Below, in pieces: positions 9,760 through 18,756 of a stretch of DNA of 64,000 nucleotides; position 1 is the stretch's first letter, and each line of letters opens with the position of its first letter. The DNA comes from Myxococcota bacterium (GTDB lineage: Bacteria > Myxococcota > JACRCW01): positions 1 through 64,000 of the forward strand of contig JBFMGU010000011.1 in assembly GCA_040752415.1 (NCBI GenBank). The letters are read 5' to 3'. Under the pieces are notes generated by a model, which made no database searches, was not told the DNA's origin, and saw only the letters and a program-made list of their open reading frames with translations. The position numbers and the translations under genes were made by a program.

Positions 9760-10884
9760 TCACCGCGTGATCACTTCCTCCCGGATGCGCGCGCGCTTCA
9801 GTCGCTCCTCGTTGACGTCATGACCCAGGCCCGGGCGGTCCAGCGGGACGGGGATGCGACCGTCCTGCGCACGCACCGGCGGGTCCACCAGGTCCTCCTT
9901 GTACGCCTTGTCGGAACCGGACACGTCGCCGGGCAGCGTGAAGCCGGGCAGGCTGTTGAGCGCCACGTTGGCCGCGCGCCCCACGCCAAACTCGTGCATG
10001 CCGCCGCACCACACGGGAATCCCCCGTTCCCGACACAGGTCATGCGTGCGCTTGGCCTCCATGAGCCCACCCATGCGCGCCACCTTGATGTTGATGATGC
10101 GCGCCGCGCCCAGCTCCAGCGCCTTGCGGGCGTCGACGACGGAATGGATGCACTCATCCAGGCAGATGGGCGTCTTGAGGCTGCGCTGCAGTGTCGCGTG
10201 GTCGACGATGTCGTCGTCACCCAGCGGCTGCTCGATCATCATGAGGTTGAAGCGGTCCAGCTCCTTGAGCGTGTCCACGTCGGCCAGGGTGTACGCGCTG
10301 TTCGCGTCGACCATCAGCGGCACGTCGGGAAAACGCTCCCGCACCGCGGCCACCGACGCCACGTCATGCCCCGGACCGATCTTCATCTTGATGCGTTTGT
10401 AGCCCTGCGCCACGTACTTGCTGACCTGCGCGAGCAGCGCCTCCGTCGTGGGCTCGATGCCCAGCGAGACACCGCTCTCGAAGAACGGGCGTGCCTCGGC
10501 GCCACCCAGGGCGCGCGCCACCGAGATGCCCCGCGCACGCGCGTCCAGGTCCCAGCACGCCATCTCGATGCCCGCCTTGGCAAAGCGGTTGCCGCGCACC
10601 TTGGCCCAGAAGCGGTTGACGTCGTCAGCGCGCTCCCAGCGTTGGCCCAGCAGCGCGGGCGCCAGGAAGTCGCGCAGCAGGTGCCAGCAGGTCTCGGTGG
10701 TTTCCGCGCAGTAGTACGGGTCGGAGGGAGAGGCGCATTCTCCCCAGCCGTGCGCGCCGTCCGTCGTGGTGACGCGCACCAGGATGTGGTCCAGGTGGTC
10801 CTTGGTATGGCTGGACGTGGTGAACGGCCGCACCAGCGGAAGCCGCGCCAACACCAGCTCCACGCGCTCCACGACGTGCGTCAT
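9760..10884 (-). CDS. menC: Enolase-superfamily NSAR/OSBS (N-succinylamino acid racemase / o-succinylbenzoate synthase)
   Basis: KMK catalytic motif, metal ligands in DAN / EQP / LDE, NIK, WCGGM and PGDVSGS; adjacent to a GNAT gene. Confidence 0.88.
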   Translation of the reverse strand: MTHVVERVELVLARLPLVRPFTTSSHTKDHLDHILVRVTTTDGAHGWGECASPSDPYYCAETTETCWHLLRDFLAPALLGQRWERADDVNRFWAKVRGNRFAKAGIEMACWDLDARARGISVARALGGAEARPFFESGVSLGIEPTTEALLAQVSKYVAQGYKRIKMKIGPGHDVASVAAVRERFPDVPLMVDANSAYTLADVDTLKELDRFNLMMIEQPLGDDDIVDHATLQRSLKTPICLDECIHSVVDARKALELGAARIINIKVARMGGLMEAKRTHDLCRERGIPVWCGGMHEFGVGRAANVALNSLPGFTLPGDVSGSDKAYKEDLVDPPVRAQDGRIPVPLDRPGLGHDVNEERLKRARIREEVITR

Positions 10885-11672
10885 CGTTCCTCCTCGGGCT
10901 TGCGCAGCAGGTAGTGCGCGGTGACCTCGCTGCGACGGAAATCCATCACGAGATACCCGGCGGAAAAAGCGCGCGGCAACGTGGTGCGCAGCGCGTCCTG
11001 CCAGGCTTGCGCCAGGGCCAGGTCGGTGTCCTTCAGCTTCGCAATGTCCCGCGGGATGCACACGCGCAGCGTCAGGTCGGCGGTGAGCGTGACGTCGTGG
11101 ATCCGCGGACGTCCGTCGTGGTCATCCACCAGCGGCGTGAGCTGACCATCTCCGAGCCACCGTCGTGCCACGTCGTCGACCCGCCACTCCACGAGCAGCC
11201 GGTCCGTGGGCAGCCCAGTGTTGAGCGCATCCAACCGCTCCCCGTAATGGTTCACCAGGTACGTCCGACTCGTCGCGCCGAGGCGATGCACGTTGAAGTT
11301 CGCGTTGCCGGCCTGCAGCGGGTCGAACGTCCACGCCATCAGCTTGAGCCCCTGTGCGCGCGCCCACTCGCGCTGGCCCTCCTTGAGCCTTCCTCCGACG
11401 CCACGCGCCTGCTCCCCGGGATCCACCGCCGTGAGCTGGGAATACAGCGCCAGCTCCCCGCGCACGCGCCCCAGGTACGCCATGGAGAAGCCGACGAGAC
11501 GCCCGTCGTCGAACGCGCCGAGCACCAGGCCACCCGCGTGCTGGATGCTCACCATGAGCGAGACGGGCATGAGGTACCCCTCGCCGGTGATGCCCCACGT
11601 CCGACGCTGCAGCTCCTGGGCGGCGCGATACTCCTCGAGCGTCTGGAGCGGACGGACACTGGGCGCGGTCAT
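10881..11672 (-). CDS. GNAT acyltransferase, probable D-amino acid N-succinyltransferase
   Basis: GGLVLGAF, YSQLTAV, RGVG and WTFDPLQAGNANFN...TDRLLVEW, typical of NSAR-associated GNATs; ATGA overlap with the NSAR gene. Confidence 0.85.
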   Translation of the reverse strand: MTAPSVRPLQTLEEYRAAQELQRRTWGITGEGYLMPVSLMVSIQHAGGLVLGAFDDGRLVGFSMAYLGRVRGELALYSQLTAVDPGEQARGVGGRLKEGQREWARAQGLKLMAWTFDPLQAGNANFNVHRLGATSRTYLVNHYGERLDALNTGLPTDRLLVEWRVDDVARRWLGDGQLTPLVDDHDGRPRIHDVTLTADLTLRVCIPRDIAKLKDTDLALAQAWQDALRTTLPRAFSAGYLVMDFRRSEVTAHYLLRKPEEER

Positions 11673-12862
11673 CACTGCTCCGGGGGCACGCGCAGGTAGC
11701 ACACCTCGAGATAGCGACCTTCCGGCCACGCCACCGGCGTCGGGTGATCCGGCGGCAGCCCGCCCACCTCGAGGACCTGGGCCAGGCGCTTGGCGCTCTT
11801 CATCCCGTCTTCGATGTACTTCATGACGCCGGGACCCTTGTGCTGGTTGGCGCTCACCCACAACACGCCGCCGCTCTCGACGGGAAGGAGCTTGACCGCG
11901 AGCGCAATGAGGTCGGGGTAGTCGCTGCGCATGGACCAGGAGCGGGCGGAGACGCCGGAGACGGTGGGCGGGTCCATGATGATGACGTCGTACTGCGCGC
12001 CGCGGTCCACTTCCTTCTGCATGAAGCGCATGACGTCGCTGGTCTCGAAGCGCCAGCGTTCCTCGTCGGGGTTGAGGCCGGAGAGGCGGAAGTTCTCCAT
12101 GGCCCACTTGTTGACGCCGGAGGCCAGGTCCACGCTGGTCACCGACGTGGCACCGAGCCGCGCCGCGGTCACGCTGAGCGCCCCGGTGTACGCGAAGGTG
12201 TTGAGCACCCGCTTCCCCGTCACCAAGCGCGCCATGTTCCGACGGTGCTCGCGCATGTCGGTGAACAGCCCCACGTTGAGCCCGCCGAGCAGGTGCACCT
12301 CGTACGGCACTCCCAGCTCCTGCACCACCAGCTTCTCGGGCGGCTCCTCGCCCACGGTCTCCTGCTTCACCTGGCCCGGCTTGGCGCCGCCGCGCGGCCG
12401 CACCTTCACCACCACGCCGCGCAGCTTCAGCTCTTCCTGCAACGCGCGGGCAATCTCCCGTCCCAACCCCACCAGCGCCGCGCTGTACGCGTAGAGCACC
12501 GCGTAGTCGCCGTAGACGTCGGCGGCAAAACCGCTGAGGCCATCGCCGTCGCCGTGGATGGCGCGGTAGGACTCACCCGGCTTCACCAGCCCCAGCGCTC
12601 GACGCAGCGCCACCGCATCCCGCACGCGCGCGCGGAAGAACGCGGCGTCAAAGCTCTTGACCGCGGTCCAACTGAGGATGCGCACGACGTCGTTCTCGGG
12701 ATCCAGCAGGCCGCAGCCCACCAGCTCGCTCTTGCGGTCCAGCAGCCGCACCGGGCGACCCGCCTGTTGCCCCGTCGCCCCGTCGACGGAGCCGATCTCC
12801 ACCACGGGCACACCGGCGCGGATGCGGGTGGCCACGTCGTCACGGATGTTGAGCGCGTGCAT
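11672..12862 (-). CDS. RlmI/RlmK-family class I SAM-dependent RNA methyltransferase
   Basis: HGDGDGLSG, GLFTDMREHR, VLNTFAYTG and YDVIIMDPP motifs; motif VI reads SAN with no Cys. Confidence 0.88.
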   Translation of the reverse strand: MHALNIRDDVATRIRAGVPVVEIGSVDGATGQQAGRPVRLLDRKSELVGCGLLDPENDVVRILSWTAVKSFDAAFFRARVRDAVALRRALGLVKPGESYRAIHGDGDGLSGFAADVYGDYAVLYAYSAALVGLGREIARALQEELKLRGVVVKVRPRGGAKPGQVKQETVGEEPPEKLVVQELGVPYEVHLLGGLNVGLFTDMREHRRNMARLVTGKRVLNTFAYTGALSVTAARLGATSVTSVDLASGVNKWAMENFRLSGLNPDEERWRFETSDVMRFMQKEVDRGAQYDVIIMDPPTVSGVSARSWSMRSDYPDLIALAVKLLPVESGGVLWVSANQHKGPGVMKYIEDGMKSAKRLAQVLEVGGLPPDHPTPVAWPEGRYLEVCYLRVPPEQ

Positions 12863-14547
12863 CAGGTCTTCCTCAGCATGTGGCGGCGGATGATGTTGGG
12901 CGGGGTGGGGCCGTAGGAGAACAGCTCGTCGTGGAAGCGCATTTCGGTGCCCTGGGAACCCTGCTCACGCATCCAGGCCGCCTTGAGCTCCTCGATATCC
13001 AGCCGACCGAGCAGGTACGTGATGGCCTGCATGGGAATCCGACGGTACCGCAGCACCTGCGCCCGCGCGGTCTCCTCCGGCATGCTGGCGTGACGCACCA
13101 GGAACGCCACCGCCTGTTCCATGTTCATCCGCCCGGTGTGCAACCCAATGTCCACGACGACACGGATGGCGCGGATGGCATGGCCCACCAGCGCGAACAG
13201 CGCGTCCACCGGGTCCTGGTGGAAACCGTGAAGGCGCATCACCTCCTCGGCATACACCGCGAAGCCCTCGATGTTCTGGTTGGTGAAGAAGTTGCGACGC
13301 GGGATGGTGACGTCGTCAGGAACCAGCAGGAAGCGCACCGGGGCGGGATGCGTGGAGAACTTCCGCTGCCACGACGCACTCTGGAGCCAATGGCCCGGAA
13401 TCCCCTCGTGGATGGCGCCGATGGTGGCCCAGGCCAGGGGATGCTGCGCGGGATCGGAGGCCAGCAGGAAGCCGCCTTTCCGACGAGGAGCCAGCAGCGG
13501 CGCGGGCCAGTTGATGGCGTTCCCCACCCCGCGCAGTGCGGCGTGCGTGGGGGCCAGGCGCAGCTCGGCGTCGTCGGGCATGCGGAAGAGTTTCTGTTGA
13601 ACCATGAAGTCCTGCGCACGCTGGAGCCGCTCGCGGTAGAGCGGAAACACGTCGTCAGCGTGGGCCGGCGTCTCGCGTTGCAGCTTCTGCATCAGCGCCC
13701 ACGCCGACCCGTGGTCCGTGACCGCCGGTTCTCCCCGCTCCCGCGCCACCACCGCCGCCTGCGCGGTCATGTCGCGTTCCAGCTCGGCCAGGATGGCTTC
13801 CGCGCGGGCCACCAGCTCGCCCACCGGCGTGGTGACGGCATGCGTGTGCACCAGTCGCCACGTGTATTCCTCCGCGCCCAGCGCGAACTCCTGGGTGGCG
13901 TGGGGAAGGACGTCGTCACGGAGGAAGGCGCGGTGCGCACGGAACGCGTCGGCGGCGCGTTGTCCCGCGTGCTGCAACCTCGTCTTCACGTTTTCCGGCA
14001 CACCGGCTGCAATCCGCGGGAGCGCGGCAAGATCATCCGCCATCGCCTCCAGTTGCTGCTCGACGAGAAAACCGGTGACCACCGCATCGGGCCGCAGTCC
14101 GCGTCGGAGCCCGTCACGCAGCAATGCTTCCTGTTGCGCCAGGTAGCGCGGCACCGCGTCGGCGCGAGTGGCCACGTTCTCCCAGTCCTCCACGACGTCC
14201 GCGTGCGCCATGTGGTGCTGCAGCATGACGTACGGGTAGATGGACATCTCCACGTTGCGCAGGTGCTCCTGCCGTTCCCCGTGCGCACGCAGGTGGAACC
14301 GACAGATGGCGCGCATGGTCCAGCAGTCGATCTCGTCGTCGGGAGCGGTGAGCGTGGGCGCCAGGGCATCGCAGCGGTCGAGGAAACGCTGGTACCCGCG
14401 CAGCTCGTCGTCGAGGGCGGTGAGGGAGAGGTCGCGCAGCTTGTCGTCGAAGCCGCGGGCGCCGAGCGTGGTGGCCTCTTCCGGTTGCGTGGCCAGGTAC
14501 CAGCGGAAGAACTCCTGGCGCAGCTGGGCGAATGGGGATTCCGTCAT
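12862..14547 (-). CDS. DUF885-family putative zinc metallopeptidase (no signal peptide)
   Basis: HEGIPGH, EGFAVYAE, RVVVDIGLH and QAITYLLG motifs. Confidence 0.88.
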   Translation of the reverse strand: MTESPFAQLRQEFFRWYLATQPEEATTLGARGFDDKLRDLSLTALDDELRGYQRFLDRCDALAPTLTAPDDEIDCWTMRAICRFHLRAHGERQEHLRNVEMSIYPYVMLQHHMAHADVVEDWENVATRADAVPRYLAQQEALLRDGLRRGLRPDAVVTGFLVEQQLEAMADDLAALPRIAAGVPENVKTRLQHAGQRAADAFRAHRAFLRDDVLPHATQEFALGAEEYTWRLVHTHAVTTPVGELVARAEAILAELERDMTAQAAVVARERGEPAVTDHGSAWALMQKLQRETPAHADDVFPLYRERLQRAQDFMVQQKLFRMPDDAELRLAPTHAALRGVGNAINWPAPLLAPRRKGGFLLASDPAQHPLAWATIGAIHEGIPGHWLQSASWQRKFSTHPAPVRFLLVPDDVTIPRRNFFTNQNIEGFAVYAEEVMRLHGFHQDPVDALFALVGHAIRAIRVVVDIGLHTGRMNMEQAVAFLVRHASMPEETARAQVLRYRRIPMQAITYLLGRLDIEELKAAWMREQGSQGTEMRFHDELFSYGPTPPNIIRRHMLRKT

Positions 14548-15533
14548 GGTTGCGCGGCGGGCTCGGCGGGCGTGGCGTCGGGAGCGGACGCCGGCGTGGG
14601 ACCCACCGGCACCAGGCGACAGGTCACATTCGGCTGGCCCCTGGGACGGACCACGCCGGATTCATCCTTGTCGGCGTCGGTGGCGTCGTAGGCCAGGCGC
14701 TTGCCTTCCTGCGCGGGGTCGGCGGGGATCACGAACTCCCAGCCCATCTTGTTGGTGTGCACCCACGCGAAGTAGTGCTCTCCGTCGTCGGCGGACCAGT
14801 GGTTGCGGAAGATGGCGCCGGTGGCGCTGCTCTCCTTCTCGTAGAGCGCGGTGCCTTCCCCGTCGCGGATGATGAAGTATTGGAGGTCCGGCGTGGTGAA
14901 GGGCTTGCCGGACGTCGTCACCGTGCAGCCCTCCAGCTTCAGCTCCCGCACCACGCGCTCCGGCGCCACGCTCGTCACAATGTCCGCTCCGACGAGACGC
15001 GTGCTCGCCTCGTGCCGGATGCGCGTGGCCTTGCGGTTGTAAACGTGCAGCATGGTGACGGGGTAGATGTACAGCGCGGAGACCGCGGCAAACGCGAGCC
15101 CCGCGGCGCCCACCGGCCAGAGCACGCCCAGCGTGGCCACGGTGAGCAGCATGGTGACGTCAAGGAACAGGTACGGACCGAGCACCCAGATCCAGAAGGG
15201 GACCCACACTTCCCAGTCGGCGGGGACGCGGGTCTCGCTGAGCATGACGTTGGTGACCAGCACCTGCGCCACGTACGGCACCACCGGCAGCACCAGCACA
15301 CCGAAGAGACCGGTGGCCGCCAGCGTGGCGTAGACCGCCATCCTCTTGTCGGCGACGACGGGAAAGAGCTCGCCGGTGGGTGGCTTGAAGCAGAACCAGC
15401 TGGTGGGGCAGCCGCCGGGGAGCTCCGGTTCCGCGGGCGTGGCATCGGCAACGCGCTGCGCGGGCTCCGACGGTACGGCCGCCGGTGACGACGTCAGCAC
15501 GCTGGCGAGCGCAACGCTCAACACCCAGGACAT
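14544..15533 (-). CDS. Hypothetical membrane protein
   Basis: Signal-like N-terminus, several hydrophobic helices, soluble C-terminal domain; ATGA overlap with DUF885; GC3-rich codons. Confidence 0.65.
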   Translation of the reverse strand: MSWVLSVALASVLTSSPAAVPSEPAQRVADATPAEPELPGGCPTSWFCFKPPTGELFPVVADKRMAVYATLAATGLFGVLVLPVVPYVAQVLVTNVMLSETRVPADWEVWVPFWIWVLGPYLFLDVTMLLTVATLGVLWPVGAAGLAFAAVSALYIYPVTMLHVYNRKATRIRHEASTRLVGADIVTSVAPERVVRELKLEGCTVTTSGKPFTTPDLQYFIIRDGEGTALYEKESSATGAIFRNHWSADDGEHYFAWVHTNKMGWEFVIPADPAQEGKRLAYDATDADKDESGVVRPRGQPNVTCRLVPVGPTPASAPDATPAEPAAQP

Positions 15534-15818
15534 GGGATGTTCCTCTCGAGAAAACCGCGCGCAGTCTGGGAGCGACGCCACGTGGGGTCAAGCCGGGGTC
15601 CCAGGGCACGGTTCGCGCGCCGCGCGGGTCGTGGAATCTCCGTCGACACCACCACCCCCTCGCTCCGCACCACGCACGCCAGTTTTGCGGGGACGGAGCG
15701 GGTTGCACGGTGCGCGGTTGGGAGTGATAGGAGCGTCCGCGTCGCGGCAACCGCGGTCTTCCCGACGGGAACGCGTCTTGCTGCGGGCAACGCTACACCT
15801 GCTCCTCCGGAGGTCCGC

Positions 15819-16103
15819 ATGGACTGGAAGCTCCTTGTCTCCACCTTCGCCATGGTCTTTGTCGCCGAGATCGGGGACAAGACGCAGCTGGCCACGCTCC
15901 TGCTCGCGTCGTCGCGGCCGTCCAAGCTCGCGGTGTTCCTCGGCTCCGCGCTCGCGCTCGTGTCGACGTCGGCGCTGGCGGTGCTGGGCGCGGAGCTCAT
16001 CGGCCGCTTCGTCTCGCCGCAGATCCTCCGCTACGTCGCCGGCGGGCTGTTCCTCGTGCTCGGTGTGGTGACGCTCCTGGTCCCGGAGAGCAACGGGGAT
16101 TGA
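15819..16103 (+). CDS. TMEM165/GDT1 (UPF0016) half-size Mn2+/Ca2+ transporter
   Basis: EIGDKTQ signature, three TM helices, GGAGG RBS. Confidence 0.92.
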   Translation: MDWKLLVSTFAMVFVAEIGDKTQLATLLLASSRPSKLAVFLGSALALVSTSALAVLGAELIGRFVSPQILRYVAGGLFLVLGVVTLLVPESNGD

Positions 16104-16180
16104 CGCGCACATCGTCGCTGCGCCGCCCACGGTCGGACGGATGATGCGAGCGCCCCCGGGCCGTCGTTATCACCTCCGCC

Positions 16181-16582
16181 ATGTCCCGCCTGCTGACTTG
16201 GGTGCTCTTTCTCGTCGTCGCCGGTGGGTGCGCCACGTCCCGTCGCAGCGCGCCGCCGCAGGGCTCGGAGCGCGGAATGGCGTCGTACTATCACGACTCG
16301 CTGGCCGGCCGGCCCACCGCCAGCGGCGAGCCCTACAACCCCGAGGCCGCCACCTGCGCGCACAAGACGCATCCGCTCGGCACCCGGTTGCGCGTGACGC
16401 GCGTGGACAGCGGCGCGTCGGTGGTGTGTCGCGTCAACGACCGGGGGCCCTTTGTCCGCGGTCGCGTGGTGGACCTCTCACGACGCATGGCTCGCGAGCT
16501 GGGCATCCTGCACAAGGGCGTGGTCCCGGTGCGCGTGGGCGTGGTGTCCCCACCTCCGCCCCGACGTCGCCGCGAGGCCTGA
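16181..16582 (+). CDS. rlpA: RlpA-like double-psi beta-barrel lipoprotein (lytic transglycosylase family)
   Basis: GMASYY, TASGE, AHKT and VNDRGPF...VDLS motifs; lipobox-like AGGC. Confidence 0.9.
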   Translation: MSRLLTWVLFLVVAGGCATSRRSAPPQGSERGMASYYHDSLAGRPTASGEPYNPEAATCAHKTHPLGTRLRVTRVDSGASVVCRVNDRGPFVRGRVVDLSRRMARELGILHKGVVPVRVGVVSPPPPRRRREA

Positions 16583-16711
16583 AAACCCGCCACAATTGCG
16601 CCACTTGCGCCGGCGCTGGCGGCCTCCGTCAACGGGAGGATGGATCGTGCCGCCGCGCGGCGAAACCGCTGTGAAAACGCGCAGATAATGGTGTGGTCCA
16701 AGGAGCCACCC

Positions 16712-18595
16712 ATGAAGCGCGCGCTGTGTGGACTGACCGTGGTGCTTGGCCTCGCGGCCTGTGACGGCGCGGAGGTCAGCGGCGGGGACGAGCCGGTGGA
16801 GGAGAGCACGGGGACGCGGCGCGGTACGTCGTCGTCGAGCGGGGAGGGTGGGAAGACCAGCTCGGGGGGCGCGTTCAGCAACGGGTCCACGTCGGGGAGC
16901 GTGGGCAGCAGCGCGTCCAACACCAGCAGCGGCGGTCGGCCGGGCAGCAGCAGTACCGCGGGATCGACGTCGAGTGGCGGCAGCTCGACGTCCTCCACCA
17001 GCAGCGGCGGCCGGCCCAACAGCTCCACCAGCGGCGTCTCCACGACGAGCAGCACCGCCGTTTCCTCGACGAGCGGCGGCCCGTCTTCCGCCAGCAACAC
17101 CGCCTCCTCGACGAGCGGCGGCACCGGGGGATGCGGCACGCTGGACTACCTGGGTGAATGCCAGGGCACGACGCTGCGCTGGTGCCAGGATGAGACCGTC
17201 CAGCAGATCGACTGCGCGGACTCCGGCCAGGTCTGCGGCTGGCAGGACGACACGGTGGGCTACAACTGCCTGGACAGCGCGTCCTCCAGCAGCAGCTCCT
17301 CCAGCACCGGTGGCGCCAGCACCAGCTCCTCCAGCAGCGGCGGTGTCGTCGACAACTGCAACGGCGTGACCTTCGAGGGTGAGTGCAACGGCACGCTCCT
17401 GCGCTGGTGCGAGAACAACCAGCTCAACGAATACGAGTGCGCCACCGACGGCCTCTCCTGCGGCTACGACGACGCCATCCCCGGCTACAACTGCATCAGC
17501 GACCCGTGCCGGGGCGTGACCTACGAGGGCGAGTGCCAGGGCGCGCTGCTTCGCTACTGCGACAACCAGCAGCTCGTGGAATACGACTGCGCCGGCGAGG
17601 GCAACACCTGCGGCTACGACGCGGCGATTCCCGGCTACAACTGCGTGGCGGGCGGCGCTTCCTCGTCGTCGTCGTCCTCGAGCGGCGGCACCGACCCGTG
17701 CGGCGGGCTGGACTATCTCGGTGAATGCCAGGGTGATCTGCTGCGCTGGTGTGAGAACGGCACGCTGCGCGAGGTGAACTGCGCGGACAGCAACCGCGTG
17801 TGTCAGTGGGAGAACGAGACCATCGGGTACAACTGCCTGGACCGCGGCCCCTCGTGTGGCGACCTGGCGACGCAGAACGGGTGGAGCCAGGCCGCGTGCG
17901 AGTGGAATGGCAACGGCGCGTGCAACGGGGTGGGGACGCCCACGTGGGACTGTGATTTCTGTTGCGACACCGGCGGCGGGAGCAGCAGCGGCGGGCTGGG
18001 TTTTGGTTATCCCGTCGGCGACAAGACCACGTATCCCGCGGGTGGCTGGTCGGTGACGCAGATTCTCGGCCATTACTGGGCGGACTACGGCGGCGTGCAC
18101 ATGGCGGAGGACATCTCCAACGGGGAAGCGAACACGGCGCTGGCGCCGGTCTACGCGGTCGCCGACGGAGAGGTGCTCTACGCGGGGAGCAACGGCAGCA
18201 CCTACCGCAACGTGGTCCTCATCCGTCACGACCTGGGCAACGGCGAGCAGGTGTGTTCGTTCTACGGCCACCTCGAGCCGCCCGACGTGTTCTCGGGGCA
18301 GATGGTGTCGCGTGGTGAGCAGGTGGCGCGGGTGTTGGACTGGGTGGCGGAGTTCGGCGCGGCCAACTCACACCTGCACTACGTGCTGTTGAGCATTGAC
18401 CTGTGTCTGGCGTCGGACGGCGCCAACGGCGCGCTGGTGTGCGGTTATGACCGCGGCAGCGGCACGGGCCTGGGCTGGACGGACCTGGCGGGCGAGCCGG
18501 AGACGTACACCGCCGTCAACGACATCTGCGGCGACCACAACTACCCGAACGCGTTCATCGCCCCGAGCAAGTTCATCCGCGACCACCACTTCTGA
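16712..18595 (+). CDS. Lipoprotein with Ser/Gly/Thr linkers, four 6-Cys repeats and a C-terminal M23 peptidase domain
   Basis: LAAC lipobox; four CxxxxY/FxGECxGxxLRW/YC...GYNC repeats; HMAED (HxxxD), YGHL and HLH zinc motifs. Confidence 0.88.
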   Translation: MKRALCGLTVVLGLAACDGAEVSGGDEPVEESTGTRRGTSSSSGEGGKTSSGGAFSNGSTSGSVGSSASNTSSGGRPGSSSTAGSTSSGGSSTSSTSSGGRPNSSTSGVSTTSSTAVSSTSGGPSSASNTASSTSGGTGGCGTLDYLGECQGTTLRWCQDETVQQIDCADSGQVCGWQDDTVGYNCLDSASSSSSSSSTGGASTSSSSSGGVVDNCNGVTFEGECNGTLLRWCENNQLNEYECATDGLSCGYDDAIPGYNCISDPCRGVTYEGECQGALLRYCDNQQLVEYDCAGEGNTCGYDAAIPGYNCVAGGASSSSSSSSGGTDPCGGLDYLGECQGDLLRWCENGTLREVNCADSNRVCQWENETIGYNCLDRGPSCGDLATQNGWSQAACEWNGNGACNGVGTPTWDCDFCCDTGGGSSSGGLGFGYPVGDKTTYPAGGWSVTQILGHYWADYGGVHMAEDISNGEANTALAPVYAVADGEVLYAGSNGSTYRNVVLIRHDLGNGEQVCSFYGHLEPPDVFSGQMVSRGEQVARVLDWVAEFGAANSHLHYVLLSIDLCLASDGANGALVCGYDRGSGTGLGWTDLAGEPETYTAVNDICGDHNYPNAFIAPSKFIRDHHF

Positions 18596-18622
18596 GCCCA
18601 GCGGAGCCTTGTGCCGCGCCAA

Positions 18623-18715
18623 GCCTCGCGACTTCCTCGTCGCGGCACATCTACGCCTCCCCACGCCGTGGGGGAGGTCGGCCGCCACGACGAGAAACCG
18701 GTGAAATCGTGAGGC
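18623..18715. repeat. Nested intergenic palindrome between convergent genes
   Basis: Arms gcctcgcgactt/aaatcgtgaggc, ctcgtcgcggc/gccacgacgag and cctccccacg/cgtgggggagg. Confidence 0.6.
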
Positions 18716-18756
18716 GGCCGGGTGGGGGGGCCACCTCGCCACCACCCGATTCTGGG

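Noticed and set aside
9760..10884. Menaquinone biosynthesis cluster
   Set aside because: No other men genes are present; the GNAT neighbour favours the racemase role. The menC symbol is family-level only.
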